Shown piece after piece: positions 1-8,871 of a DNA stretch of 64,000 bases. Position 1 is the first letter of the stretch. Each line of letters opens with the position of its first letter. Origin of the DNA: Methanoregulaceae archaeon (GTDB lineage: Bacteria > Armatimonadota > Fimbriimonadia > Fimbriimonadales > Fimbriimonadaceae); the NCBI GenBank assembly GCA_020850325.1, contig JADZEW010000010.1, positions 5,759 through 69,758 on the forward strand, written 5' to 3'. The translations under genes were made by a program, and so were the position numbers. The notes below the pieces were generated by a model. That model was not told where the DNA came from, did no database searches, and worked only from the letters and a program-made list of their open reading frames with translations.

Positions 1-119
1 TCCGCGATTTCGCGGGCAATGTACTGGAGGGTAGCGGTATCGAGCCCCGATCCCAAATCTCCGGCGAGGGCCTCGCCGCTCAACTTCACTAGGACTCGAC
101 GAAACGCTCTTCTGGACAC
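1..119 (-). CDS. pyrH: UMP kinase, 5' part (runs off window edge)
   Basis: Minus-strand translation from GTG at 119 gives [39 protein letters not shown], the canonical PyrH N-terminus (VLxKLSGEAL). Confidence 0.8.
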   Translation of the reverse strand, partial: MSRRAFRRVLVKLSGEALAGDLGSGLDTATLQYIAREIA

Positions 120-137
120 GGAGTCCAGTTTACCGAC

Positions 138-1169
138 TCATCCCCCCATCTTTCGACCGAGGAGCGAGGTCAACTGGGTGAGATCATCCATCAACTGAGC
201 GAATCCATCGGGCGTAAGCGATTGCGAGCCGTCGCTCATCGCTTCCGTCGGATTCGGATGCATCTCGACCATCAAGCCATCCGCGCCCACCATCAGCGCC
301 GCTTTGGCGAGCGCCGGAACGTACCGGGCAACGCCGACGCCGTGCGAAGGGTCGACGATTACCGGCAAGTGCGAATACTCCTTCAGCACCGGCACCGCGT
401 TGAGGTCGAGCGTATTGCGGGTGTACGATCGATCGATCGGCAGCACCCCGCGCTCGCACAGAATCACATTCGGGTTGCCCTGATTCAGCACGTACTCGGC
501 GGCCAGCAGGAATTCGTCGATGGTCGCGCTCGGGCCGCGCTTGAGGAACACAGGTTTGCCGCTCTTTCCGGCTTCGATGAGCAGAGGGAAGTTCTGCATG
601 GAGCGCGCGCCGATCTGGAGGATGTCGACGTACTGCGCGACCAACGGCACCATGTCGCTGCTCATGACCTCGCTGATCGTGACGAGCCCAAACTCGTCGC
701 CGATCGACTTCATGATCTTCAGCCCTTCCTCGGCGAGGCCCTGGAAGGCGTATGGCGAGGTGCGCGGCTTGAACGCTCCGCCGCGGATCACCTGAGCGCC
801 TGCCCGCTTCACTTGCTCAGCGGCGGCGCGGAACTGTTCGTACGATTCGATCGAGCACGGACCGGCCATCATGGTCAGCGTCGTGGGGCCGATCTCCACC
901 CCCTTGACCCGCACGACGGTCGACTCACGCTTCCACTCTCGTGAGGCGAGTTTATAGGGCCGACTAACCGGGGTGACTTTGCTGACGCCGGGCAACGAAC
1001 CGAGCAGACCTTCTAGCGATTCCCGAATCTCCGCAGGAATTGCGCTGGGTATGCCGACGGCCACTCTGTCGCCGGGGAGAACAAGCGGTTCCAGGCCACG
1101 GTGCCGGATCGCTTCGCATACGCCTTCGATCTGCTCTTCGGTTGCCCCGAATTGCATGAGGACGATCAT
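138..1169 (-). CDS. aroF: 3-deoxy-7-phosphoheptulonate (DAHP) synthase, type I-beta with N-terminal regulatory domain
   Basis: 343-aa ORF. KDSA/DAHP-synthase core (MAGPCSIES, RGGAFKPRTSPYAFQG, VDPSH) preceded by a ~80-aa ferredoxin-like N-terminal domain. Confidence 0.9.
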   Translation of the reverse strand: MIVLMQFGATEEQIEGVCEAIRHRGLEPLVLPGDRVAVGIPSAIPAEIRESLEGLLGSLPGVSKVTPVSRPYKLASREWKRESTVVRVKGVEIGPTTLTMMAGPCSIESYEQFRAAAEQVKRAGAQVIRGGAFKPRTSPYAFQGLAEEGLKIMKSIGDEFGLVTISEVMSSDMVPLVAQYVDILQIGARSMQNFPLLIEAGKSGKPVFLKRGPSATIDEFLLAAEYVLNQGNPNVILCERGVLPIDRSYTRNTLDLNAVPVLKEYSHLPVIVDPSHGVGVARYVPALAKAALMVGADGLMVEMHPNPTEAMSDGSQSLTPDGFAQLMDDLTQLTSLLGRKMGG

Positions 1170-1211
1170 TGGGGTTGAGGATACCAGTCGGGCAGGTTCG
1201 CCGACCCGAAC

Positions 1212-1994
1212 TCAGGCAGAATCTGGCGATGTGACGGGGAGAATGCCCCGAATGTCGGGAGCCACCAGCCCGTCGCATCCGACCGGCGCTTCGTGGGTTA
1301 CCCCGGTCAGCACCAGAAGGCTGCGCGTGCCCGCCCGCCGGGCGGCTTCGATGTCGGTGTCGATGCGATCGCCGACGACCCAGGTCTCTTCGCGCGTCGC
1401 GCCGACGTCCGCCATCAGATGCTCGATCAGGAACGGCTCCGGCTTCCCGGCGACCTGTGGCTCTTGACCTGTCGCCGCGATCACCGCCGCCACCAGCGAG
1501 CCGGCGCCGGGGATGAGACGCCCGTTCTCGATGGGATACGTAGCGTCTTTGTTCGTGGCCACAAATCGTGCGCCGTCCAGGATCGCGCCTTGGCAGCGCG
1601 CAAGCGCGTCGTACGTCGCTGTCCGGCACATGCCGACCACGACCACGTCGATGGGCTGGCCGGAAGCCGGTTCGGTGGCGAGCTCGACTTCCACACCAAC
1701 CGCCTCGAGCGCCTGCACCAGGCCAGATTCCCCAAGCACGAGGGCTCGCCTCACAAGGCCCTGCAGCATCCACGCAGCTCCCATCGCCGAAGTCACCACC
1801 CACTCGGGTTCGGCGGGGATGCCCATCGCTCGCAGCTTGGCGGCGGATGCGTCGGGCGGAGCCGTTGAGTTGTTCGTGAGATAGCGGATAATGAACCCGC
1901 GGCGAAGCAGCTCCTGGACCGCCTCTCGGGCACCATCGACCGGCGCCGAACCGCGATACAGCGTCCCGTCTAGGTCCAGAATGATGAGTTTCAC
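1212..1994 (-). CDS. HAD-IIA (NagD-like) sugar phosphatase
   Basis: GTG start at 1994 overlaps the upstream stop (GTGA). Motifs ILDLDGTLY, GKPEP, VGDRIDTDI. The longer track ORF (to 2234) is an upstream extension overlapping the next gene. Confidence 0.85.
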   Translation of the reverse strand: MKLIILDLDGTLYRGSAPVDGAREAVQELLRRGFIIRYLTNNSTAPPDASAAKLRAMGIPAEPEWVVTSAMGAAWMLQGLVRRALVLGESGLVQALEAVGVEVELATEPASGQPIDVVVVGMCRTATYDALARCQGAILDGARFVATNKDATYPIENGRLIPGAGSLVAAVIAATGQEPQVAGKPEPFLIEHLMADVGATREETWVVGDRIDTDIEAARRAGTRSLLVLTGVTHEAPVGCDGLVAPDIRGILPVTSPDSA

Positions 1995-2995
1995 GACTGT
2001 CGGGCGACCACGAAGTCGGCGGCCGCGGCAAGCAGTTCGCGGGCCGAAGTTGCGGGCAGAACAGTGAGCGCGTCTTTCGCTTGGGTGATCGCGTCGGCGG
2101 CGGCTTGTTCGGCCTCGCGGAAGGCCCCGCGCGCTTCCATAAGGGCGATAATCTCCGGCACGTAGGCGATGGCGTCCGCCTGGCCGAATCCAGCCGAGAT
2201 GCGCGCTCGCTCGTCTTCGCCTAGATGCGGCCAAAGCGCGATGAGCGGCAACGTCGCGCAGCCCTCGTGGTAGTCGGTCGCGGCTGGCTTGCCGGTCTTG
2301 GCGTGGTCTCCGCGGTAGTCCAGCAGATCATCGACCAACTGGAAGGCCATGCCCACGTGGTGGCCGAACGTGCCCAGGGCAACCTCCTCAGCCTCGCTCG
2401 CTCCGGCAATCCTCGCTCCGACCCGGCAGCAGCACTCGATGAACGAAGCCGTCTTCATCCGCAGGATCTCGGCGTGCTCCTCGTAGCTAAGGTCAACCCG
2501 TCCGCGGATTTCCAGCTCACGAACTTCGCCCTCGGCGAGATCGACCACCGCGCGCGAAACCCGGCGGATTACGTCGAGATCGCCGTCTTCGGCGAGGACG
2601 GACATGGCTCGGCTGAGCAGTACGTCGCCCGAGAGAATAGCGGCGGTGCTGCCATGGACCGCGCTGGCGGTGGGCTGGCCGCGGCGGGTGGCGGCATCGT
2701 CGATAACGTCGTCATGGATGAGGGTCGCCATGTGGATCATCTCCATGCAGGCCCCCAGCCGCCGTGCCCGAGCCGGATCGAAGGGACGGCCGATGCTCTT
2801 GGCCGCGAGCCATACGAACGCAGGTCGCAACCGTTTCCCCCCCGCCTGAAGCGTGTGCGCGCCGATCGTCTCGACCAGAGCCACGCGAGAGCCAACGAGC
2901 ACACGCAGCTCCGCTTCGACCTCGGCAATGTGATCGCCGATCTGCCGCAGCGTGGCGTCATCGACGCGCCCCGCGAACGCCGCGGCCGCGGTCAT
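1991..2995 (-). CDS. trans-polyprenyl diphosphate synthase (hepta/octaprenyl type)
   Basis: Both Asp-rich motifs are present: LIHDDVIDDAATRRG and FQLVDDLLDY. 334 aa. Confidence 0.9.
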   Translation of the reverse strand: MTAAAAFAGRVDDATLRQIGDHIAEVEAELRVLVGSRVALVETIGAHTLQAGGKRLRPAFVWLAAKSIGRPFDPARARRLGACMEMIHMATLIHDDVIDDAATRRGQPTASAVHGSTAAILSGDVLLSRAMSVLAEDGDLDVIRRVSRAVVDLAEGEVRELEIRGRVDLSYEEHAEILRMKTASFIECCCRVGARIAGASEAEEVALGTFGHHVGMAFQLVDDLLDYRGDHAKTGKPAATDYHEGCATLPLIALWPHLGEDERARISAGFGQADAIAYVPEIIALMEARGAFREAEQAAADAITQAKDALTVLPATSARELLAAAADFVVARQS

Positions 2996-3717
2996 GGCTT
3001 CACCCCCAAATGCATGGCGATGTTGCCGAAAAAGAAGTCGCGAATCTTCACGTCGCGGAATCCCGCCGCCTCCATCGAGGTCCGGAGTTCCTCGCGGGTC
3101 TTAAAGCGCTGGGTGCTCTCGGGCAAGTAGGTGTAAGCCTCTCGCTGGCGGAAGATCGCGCCGAGGATCGGCAGCCCGCGACGGGTGAGCAAGTTAGAAA
3201 CCGCGCGGACCAGCGCCGACTTCGGCACCGCCATATCCACGGAAACGAACCTTCCACCGCGCTTCAGCACGCGGAAAATCTCGGCATGGGCGGCATCGAC
3301 ATCGGGCACGTTTCGGATGCCCCAGCCGACGGTGACCGCGTTAACCGATTCGCTTCGCAAAGGTAGGCGTCCGGCGTCGCCCAGCGCCCGTCCGGCCTGC
3401 TCATCCTTCGTTGACGATCGCTCGAGCATCGGCAAGCAGAAGTCAAGGCCGATCAGTTTGCCCTGAGGGCCAATGGCTTGCCGCAACGGCATGAAGAAAT
3501 CGCCTGTCCCGCAGCAGATGTCAGCAACGGTGTCGCCCGGCTTCAGTTGGAGAGCATCCACGGCGGCTCTTCGCCAGCGGTGATGCCCGCGCAGGCTCAT
3601 CAGGGAATTGCAGACATCGTAGGTCGGCGCAATCGCCGCAAACATCCGTTGCACGGCGGCGCGCTTCTCTTGCCCTTCCGCGACCCACGTCGCAGAATCC
3701 GATGCCCGGACGGCCAT
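2992..3717 (-). CDS. ubiE: demethylmenaquinone/ubiquinone C-methyltransferase
   Basis: UbiE/MenG family. N-terminal VQRMFAAIAPTYDVCNSLMS and SAM motif VADICCGTGD. 4-nt overlap with the polyprenyl synthase gene. Confidence 0.9.
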   Translation of the reverse strand: MAVRASDSATWVAEGQEKRAAVQRMFAAIAPTYDVCNSLMSLRGHHRWRRAAVDALQLKPGDTVADICCGTGDFFMPLRQAIGPQGKLIGLDFCLPMLERSSTKDEQAGRALGDAGRLPLRSESVNAVTVGWGIRNVPDVDAAHAEIFRVLKRGGRFVSVDMAVPKSALVRAVSNLLTRRGLPILGAIFRQREAYTYLPESTQRFKTREELRTSMEAAGFRDVKIRDFFFGNIAMHLGVKP

Positions 3718-3743
3718 AACACTCTATATACCCCGGCGGTGGT

Positions 3744-3771
3744 CGAAGTTTCAGAAACGAGTGAAACTTCG
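3744..3771 (-). terminator. 9-bp perfect hairpin between PadR/HAAS operon and ubiE (possible terminator/attenuator)
   Basis: cgaagtttc (3744-3752) pairs with gaaacttcg (3763-3771), with a 10-nt loop. No U-tract follows, so terminator function is uncertain. Confidence 0.3.
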
Positions 3772-3782
3772 GAGCCCTCGCT

Positions 3783-4835
3783 CTAGGTTAGTTGTCGCAA
3801 CCATCGGCGACGACGGAGCGCAGACTGGGTCCCAAGGACCGCCAAGACCGTCCCGTTGATCAGCAGAGCGAGCAGAGAGCCCAAGCCACTGATGAGCATA
3901 AGTGCCCCGCCCAGCGCCTGCCATTGGCTCCAGGGCGTCGACGGAAGCAAGTTGGATAGTGCACGGCGCTCGACCAAGACGTGGTCTCGCTGGATTTCAA
4001 GAAATCGTAAGTACATCTCTAGGTTGTTAGCCCAAACTAAGCGGGCTTCGGCCTGAGTATCAAACTCCGCCAGCGCCAGATAGATCTCGCCGCGAACCGG
4101 ATTAAACGAGCCTGAGCGAGGGTGGCCTGGCAGGGTTCTCCGGCCGGCAGATGAGGTCGGCGCCAACCAAGGATCATTGCCTATAAGTTGATCGAGCAGA
4201 CTGGGATCGCTCGTCTGCTGCCACTGACGCATCTTTGCGGTGTCAGTCTCGTAGGCCGCAAGCCACCCGTCGATGTCAGCCAGTTCCCTACCCAGCGTCG
4301 GCGTGAAAACATGCCCGACTTCACTTCCGATTCGGAACGGTCGAGTGGTGAATGCCATGAACACGGAAAGGACGAACGTGAAGGCCAATGCAAGGGCAAT
4401 GGTCGGTACGGCGACCCATCTGCGGCTCCGAATCGCAAGGTAGCCGATGAGCGGCAGGGCCAGTGCTGAGCCCCAAAGCAACCACGAAATCAAGGCTGTT
4501 TCGTGAACTCGCGGAGACTCGATGATGGCCAGGAGAAAGGCAATCGAGAGTAAAGAGCCTAATGAAGTCGCCAGCAAGACTCCCCGCCGAACGGTCCTTG
4601 TCGTCACTCCCGTTCCACCCAAGGCACTTGCGGCGATTCCCTGCGGATCACCGAACTCGCGAACTGCGGTTCGCTCGGCGCTCCGTGGGGACGCGCCTTG
4701 CTGGGTCAGTTCCAAAATCCGCTCATCGAGATGTGCCCGAACCTCGGCGAGGAAGCTTTCGACCCGATCCGAATCGAGCTTGCCTTCTAGATGCCGATTG
4801 AGTTCGACGAGATACCAGTCAACGTAGTTAAGCAC
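3783..4835 (-). CDS. PadR-associated membrane protein (DUF1700/HAAS-like N-terminus, multi-TM)
   Basis: N-terminus (LNRHLEG...ESFLAEVRAHLDE...EFGDPQGIA) matches the DUF1700/HAAS pattern. Several hydrophobic segments follow. 8-nt overlap with the padR gene. Confidence 0.7.
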   Translation of the reverse strand: MLNYVDWYLVELNRHLEGKLDSDRVESFLAEVRAHLDERILELTQQGASPRSAERTAVREFGDPQGIAASALGGTGVTTRTVRRGVLLATSLGSLLSIAFLLAIIESPRVHETALISWLLWGSALALPLIGYLAIRSRRWVAVPTIALALAFTFVLSVFMAFTTRPFRIGSEVGHVFTPTLGRELADIDGWLAAYETDTAKMRQWQQTSDPSLLDQLIGNDPWLAPTSSAGRRTLPGHPRSGSFNPVRGEIYLALAEFDTQAEARLVWANNLEMYLRFLEIQRDHVLVERRALSNLLPSTPWSQWQALGGALMLISGLGSLLALLINGTVLAVLGTQSALRRRRWLRQLT

Positions 4836-5169
4836 CCTCTGGCACCTCCTTGCGGGCCCGGGCAGACATCACGCGAGTCACGGCTTCAGAGAACTCCTGC
4901 CACTTTGTTCGATGAATCTCGAGTGCCTGGCGACCCAGATCGGTGAGAACATATCGCTTGCGCGGCGGCTTGCCGTCTTGCATCTCCCAGTCACCAGCCA
5001 CCAATCCCTCGTCCTCCATTCGGTGGAGGATCGGATACAGTTGTCCTTCGCCCAGTTTCAAAAGGCCCTCAGATTCAGCACGGATGCTCCGCACAATCCC
5101 GTATCCATGAAGAGGCGCGTCTTGAAGAGCCGCGAGGATGATCGCCTCGAGATCAGTCTTGAAAGCCAT
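4828..5169 (-). CDS. PadR family transcriptional regulator
   Basis: 113 aa. Winged-helix PadR signature (LHGYGI...GQLYPILHRMEDEGLV...RKRYVLTDLG). Confidence 0.9.
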   Translation of the reverse strand: MAFKTDLEAIILAALQDAPLHGYGIVRSIRAESEGLLKLGEGQLYPILHRMEDEGLVAGDWEMQDGKPPRKRYVLTDLGRQALEIHRTKWQEFSEAVTRVMSARARKEVPEGA

Positions 5170-5219
5170 AACTTAATATACATCATGTCTTGATATATAT
5201 CACAGTGATCGGGAATATT

Positions 5220-5606
5220 TTACGAAACTGAACGCAGGAGCTCGTCGTGGCCGAAGTAGAAGTGCTGCGAGACCGTGCCGGGTTTGAGCCAAACCAGCGC
5301 GGACGGCAAGTCGGGGAGGAGCTGAGAAAACACCCGGCGGGCTTCTTCGGGAGACAGCAATCCGCCATCCTCCCTCACCACGAACACATGCAGAAGGTCG
5401 TCCTCGCCCTCGAACTGGTAACGGAACGGACCGATCGCCCCCCCGAACGGATTCTCTTCGAGAGCGATCGCCTGCAAAGCAAAATCCCCCCCGCCCAGAG
5501 AGCGAGAGGGATCGAAGCGAGGGAGCAAGATGCGTCGATCATCGCGCACCGCAGCCAACACCGCTTCGATCACGGTGTCGCGATGACGACGCTCGGCTTC
5601 GGTCAT
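5220..5606 (-). CDS. hypothetical protein (128 aa), last gene of the yidC-jag transcription unit
   Basis: ORF starts 2 nt after the jag stop, with clean coding-like composition. No recognisable family. Confidence 0.5.
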   Translation of the reverse strand: MTEAERRHRDTVIEAVLAAVRDDRRILLPRFDPSRSLGGGDFALQAIALEENPFGGAIGPFRYQFEGEDDLLHVFVVREDGGLLSPEEARRVFSQLLPDLPSALVWLKPGTVSQHFYFGHDELLRSVS

Positions 5607-5608
5607 GC

Positions 5609-6469
5609 TCAGTCTGCGGGAGCGATGACGACGCGCCGATTGGGCTCTTCGCCTTCGCTATACGTGGAGACTCCAGGCATCTCGGAGAGCGCCTTGTGCA
5701 CCAAGCGACGCTCGAACGCGGGCAGCGCATCGAGCACGGCTTCCTCGCCGCGCTCGAGGACCGCTTCCGCGATCTTCTTGGCCAGGTCGGTCAGCTGCTG
5801 CTCGCGACGGGCTCGGAAGTCGTTGCCGTCGAGGACGGTGCGAACGCCGTTGCCCCACTGCTGGGTCGCCACGATGTTGATCAGATACTGCAGCGAGTTC
5901 AGGACTTCGCCGTGCTTGCCCACCAGGTAACCGGCATCCTTGCCGTCGAGCCGGACGTTCACGTACTTGCCCGCGACTTCGGTGGACTGGACATTCACGT
6001 CTAGCTCGGCCCGGTCCATCAGGTCGTTCAAGAGCGTGACGAAGTGGTCGGCATCTTCGGCGGTCGCTACCGGCTCGTTCCCGGCGGGTGCATCGGCCTT
6101 GGGCTCCGCCTTGGCGGCGGCCTTTGCCGCGGGCTTTGCCGGAGCTTCGGCCTCGGCGGGCTTGGATCGGCCGCGCGGCGTGCGAGCAGGTTTAGCCGGC
6201 TTCTCGGGTTCGGGTTCCGGCTCGGGAGCGGCTTCGACCACGGGCGCGGGCGCGGGTTCGGCCTTGGCCTTGCCACGCGGAGCGCGGGCGGGCTTCGCCG
6301 GAGCGGCCTCAACCACTTCGGCTCGAATGCGAACATTCGACTTGCCGAAGAGGCCCTTGGTCTCTTCCAGAACCTGGACGTTGAGCTGATCGACGCTCAC
6401 CCCAAGCTGCTTGGCGGCTTGGGCTTTGGCTTCGTCGAGTGACTTTGCGGTGATTTCGGTGACTTGCAT
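5609..6469 (-). CDS. jag: Jag/KhpB RNA-binding protein (Jag_N, KH, R3H) with long A/P/E/K-rich linker
   Basis: ATG at 6469 is preceded by GAAGGAAGAG, so the track's TTG start at 6484 is likely too long. Jag_N (ITAKSLDEAKAQAAKQLGV). C-terminal KH/R3H (GYLVGKHGEVLNSLQYL, ERRLVHKAL). Confidence 0.9.
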   Translation of the reverse strand: MQVTEITAKSLDEAKAQAAKQLGVSVDQLNVQVLEETKGLFGKSNVRIRAEVVEAAPAKPARAPRGKAKAEPAPAPVVEAAPEPEPEPEKPAKPARTPRGRSKPAEAEAPAKPAAKAAAKAEPKADAPAGNEPVATAEDADHFVTLLNDLMDRAELDVNVQSTEVAGKYVNVRLDGKDAGYLVGKHGEVLNSLQYLINIVATQQWGNGVRTVLDGNDFRARREQQLTDLAKKIAEAVLERGEEAVLDALPAFERRLVHKALSEMPGVSTYSEGEEPNRRVVIAPAD

Positions 6470-6487
6470 ATTCTCTTCCTTCAAACC

Positions 6488-7813
6488 TTACTTCTTCTTG
6501 CGCTTCGGCTGGTGGCGCTGAGGCACACCGGTCTTCGCGGGAGGGTTCTTGACAACGCCGTTCATGGCACCGGGGATCGCTCCACCGGCGGCGGACACTT
6601 TCTTCTGCAACGGGGCGACCGGCAGCCGATATGAATACAGGGACTGCGCGGTCGCGAGCACGTTCGTGAACGTCCAGTACAGCACGAACGCGCTGGGGAC
6701 CGGCCAGAAGAACATCATCACGCCAAAGATGCCCGAGATCGAAACACCCATGATCCGCTGCTGGCGTGCGTTCATCGGGTCCGAGACCGGCATCAGCAAC
6801 GCCGTCGCGACCATCGAGATCGCGTACAGCGTGAGCAGGATGTAATCCTTCTGTCCCAGGTTCGCGGCAACAAATCCGCTCGTGCTCTGGCTCAAGGCCG
6901 GGTTAATCCACAGGAACAACCCGTTCTCAAACTCGAACCGGTAGTGCAGCATCGCCTGGTAGATCATCAAGAACAACGGCAGCTGCAGCAACATGGGGAA
7001 GCACCCGGAGGCGGGGTTGATGCCGTACTGTGAGTACAGCCCCATCATCTCCTGGTTCATCTCCTGCTGCTCTTGCATGGCCAGCGGCTTGCCGTCCTTG
7101 CGCTTGTACTTCTCCTTGATCTCATTCATTAAGGGCGAGAGCTGGCTCATCTGCCGGCCGAACATGATCTGCTTCTGCGTGAGCGGAAACACCACGGCCC
7201 GGACAACGATGGCCAAGAGGAGACAAGCGAAGGCATAGCTGATCGCGGGGACGGCTCCCGTTGCGCGCACGAGCATGTCGATCAGCTGATAGCCGGGAAA
7301 GAAGCCCCACACCGGAGTCGTCCGGCCAAGTTCGCTCGAAATCTGGCGGACCTTTTCCTTCAGTTCCTTGGGCGAAATCTCTGACGCGGGAAAGTCCTTG
7401 TGAGAGGCGATCTTGACCGGCGCATTCCACAGCGGGTGCTCCGGCCCAAGCTTGCGCTCCCAAGCCTGCAGCGCATCGTTGGTCGTGATCACGCGGTTGA
7501 TGTCCTGGCGTTGGATCGCGGACTTGTATTGGGTGTCGGCGACGAGGACCAACCCCTCAAGCCGCAGCTTCTCTTTCTGCTCCTCGGTGAGCTTGGGGTC
7601 CTGATCAATCGACTTCGTATAGTCGGGATAGGTGCGCAGGGCGATCGTCTGGTCGAGGATCTTCGCGTTGTTGGTCTGCATCTCAAGCTGCAGCTCGGCG
7701 AAGGGCTTGGCGGGAGCCCGGCTCGGCCCCACGATCAGCAGGTTGTAGCCGAGAAAGATCACGGCGGTCCATAGCAGGATGGACATGAAACTACTGCGAG
7801 GTCTTTGTTGCAT
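6488..7813 (-). CDS. yidC: membrane protein insertase YidC
   Basis: 441 aa. 60-kDa IMP core (GCFPMLLQLPLFLMIYQ, PSAFVLYWTFTN), basic C-tail, conserved position after yidD. Confidence 0.93.
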   Translation of the reverse strand: MQQRPRSSFMSILLWTAVIFLGYNLLIVGPSRAPAKPFAELQLEMQTNNAKILDQTIALRTYPDYTKSIDQDPKLTEEQKEKLRLEGLVLVADTQYKSAIQRQDINRVITTNDALQAWERKLGPEHPLWNAPVKIASHKDFPASEISPKELKEKVRQISSELGRTTPVWGFFPGYQLIDMLVRATGAVPAISYAFACLLLAIVVRAVVFPLTQKQIMFGRQMSQLSPLMNEIKEKYKRKDGKPLAMQEQQEMNQEMMGLYSQYGINPASGCFPMLLQLPLFLMIYQAMLHYRFEFENGLFLWINPALSQSTSGFVAANLGQKDYILLTLYAISMVATALLMPVSDPMNARQQRIMGVSISGIFGVMMFFWPVPSAFVLYWTFTNVLATAQSLYSYRLPVAPLQKKVSAAGGAIPGAMNGVVKNPPAKTGVPQRHQPKRKKK

Positions 7814-7824
7814 ATGAAAGCGGT

Positions 7825-8034
7825 TTAAGGAACGGGGTCATGCCCGCCGGGGCGGAACGGGTGGCATCGCATGATACGTCGAAAGCCCATCCAAGAGCCC
7901 TTGAGCAGCCCGTATTTTTGAACGGCCTGAAGGGTGTACTCCGAGCAACTGGGGGTGTACCGGCATGTCGGGGGCATCCATCGGGTAGATCGTTGGTAGC
8001 ATCGAATTAGGAAGACTCCGATCGATTTGCCCAT
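7825..8034 (-). CDS. yidD: membrane protein insertion efficiency factor YidD
   Basis: 69 aa. IRCYQRS...CRYTPSCSEYTLQAVQKYG...RIMRCHPF signature. Overlaps the rnpA 3' end. Confidence 0.93.
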   Translation of the reverse strand: MGKSIGVFLIRCYQRSTRWMPPTCRYTPSCSEYTLQAVQKYGLLKGSWMGFRRIMRCHPFRPGGHDPVP

Positions 8035-8360
8035 CTCCGTGCGGTCTCTTCAATCCCCTGGCGTAGCTCGTTTCGAAGCCCATCGAACGTCACATTCGCG
8101 GCCTCGGCCTTGGCCTGGATGATCACATCGAGGCCGGGAGGTAGGAGCGGTGTCAACTCTCGAAAGGCGGATTGGAGCCGCCTCCTAACTCGATTGCGCT
8201 GGGGACGGTTCCCAATCGCTCGGCTGGTGGCGAAACCAACGTGTTCTGATCCGGACAACGAGAAGATGCGGAGAGTGGCGGTTGACACTCGTTGTCCTTC
8301 GCGGTAAACAACTTCGAATCGGCGCTTTGTCGGCCCGGAGCGATACGCCCGGTTGAGCAC
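8007..8360 (-). CDS. rnpA: ribonuclease P protein component
   Basis: 117 aa, GTG start 2 nt after the rpmH stop. RNase P protein RNR-like motif (AIGNRPQRNRVRRRL). Confidence 0.9.
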   Translation of the reverse strand: MLNRAYRSGPTKRRFEVVYREGQRVSTATLRIFSLSGSEHVGFATSRAIGNRPQRNRVRRRLQSAFRELTPLLPPGLDVIIQAKAEAANVTFDGLRNELRQGIEETARRWANRSESS

Positions 8361-8362
8361 GA

Positions 8363-8497
8363 CTAATGCGCCAGGCGCTGTCGTCCCTTGGTGCGGCGTC
8401 GCTTCAGCACGTTACGGCCGTCCGTGGAGCGCATGCGCACTCGGAAGCCGTGGGTTGTCTGTTGATGCCGCTTATTCGGCTGGTAAGTTCGTTTCAT
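8363..8497 (-). CDS. rpmH: 50S ribosomal protein L34 (absent from the ORF track, too short)
   Basis: Hand translation of the minus strand gives [47 protein letters not shown] at 8497, TAG at 8363-8365. Confidence 0.95.
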   Translation of the reverse strand: MKRTYQPNKRHQQTTHGFRVRMRSTDGRNVLKRRRTKGRQRLAH

Positions 8498-8640
8498 GGT
8501 CCTTTCCTCGCGGTTCGTCTAGACCGCAGAGGATACCCGATTTGCGTTCTGAACCTGCACGGGGTTTCTGCACTTCGAGGGCAGTGGGTCTTTCGACATG
8601 GCTGCACCAACCAGGGGGGAACCGCAGAAGTCCTACTGTT

Positions 8641-8871
8641 GTGAACGCTCCTGTTGTTGCCGCTTCCAAGACAAAGGCCATTCTCGTGATGCTGTCGGGG
8701 CTGCTCTACGGCGCATCTCCGATCGATCTGATTCCGGACATCGTTCCACTCCTCGGATGGTCCGACGATGCGGTTGTGCTGCTAACGGCGGGCGTCATCG
8801 CGTTTCGGTTGCTTCGGCGGCAACGTCAGGCGATGAAAGCCCGCACCAGCGCCGGCACACTGCCGTCGTAG
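8641..8871 (+). CDS. DUF1232 (YkvA-like) small membrane protein
   Basis: C-terminal part of ORF 8353..8871 carries LLYGASPIDLIPDIVPLLGWSDDAVVL, the DUF1232 signature. The upstream part is antisense to rpmH/rnpA. Start uncertain (GTG 8641 or ATG 8689). Confidence 0.65.
   Translation: MNAPVVAASKTKAILVMLSGLLYGASPIDLIPDIVPLLGWSDDAVVLLTAGVIAFRLLRRQRQAMKARTSAGTLPS

Noticed and set aside
964-2031. Long alternative-frame ORFs (e.g. 964..2031, 17011..17919, 19128..19838, 44787..45650, 45764..46594, 47205..48593, 60501..61736, 31598..32584)
   Set aside because: They are Arg/Pro/Gly-rich, lack recognisable domains, and each fully overlaps a strongly supported gene in another frame or on the other strand. 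These are typical high-GC shadow ORFs.
5990-6340. Repetitive GC-rich DNA inside jag
   Set aside because: It encodes the in-frame A/P/E/K-rich low-complexity linker of Jag/KhpB (AAPAKPARAPRGKAKAEPAPAP...). It is not an independent repeat element.
8498-8640. oriC / DnaA boxes upstream of rpmH
   Set aside because: No TTATCCACA/TGTGGATAA-like 9-mers and no AT-rich unwinding element are visible. The region is only 143 bp and GC-rich.
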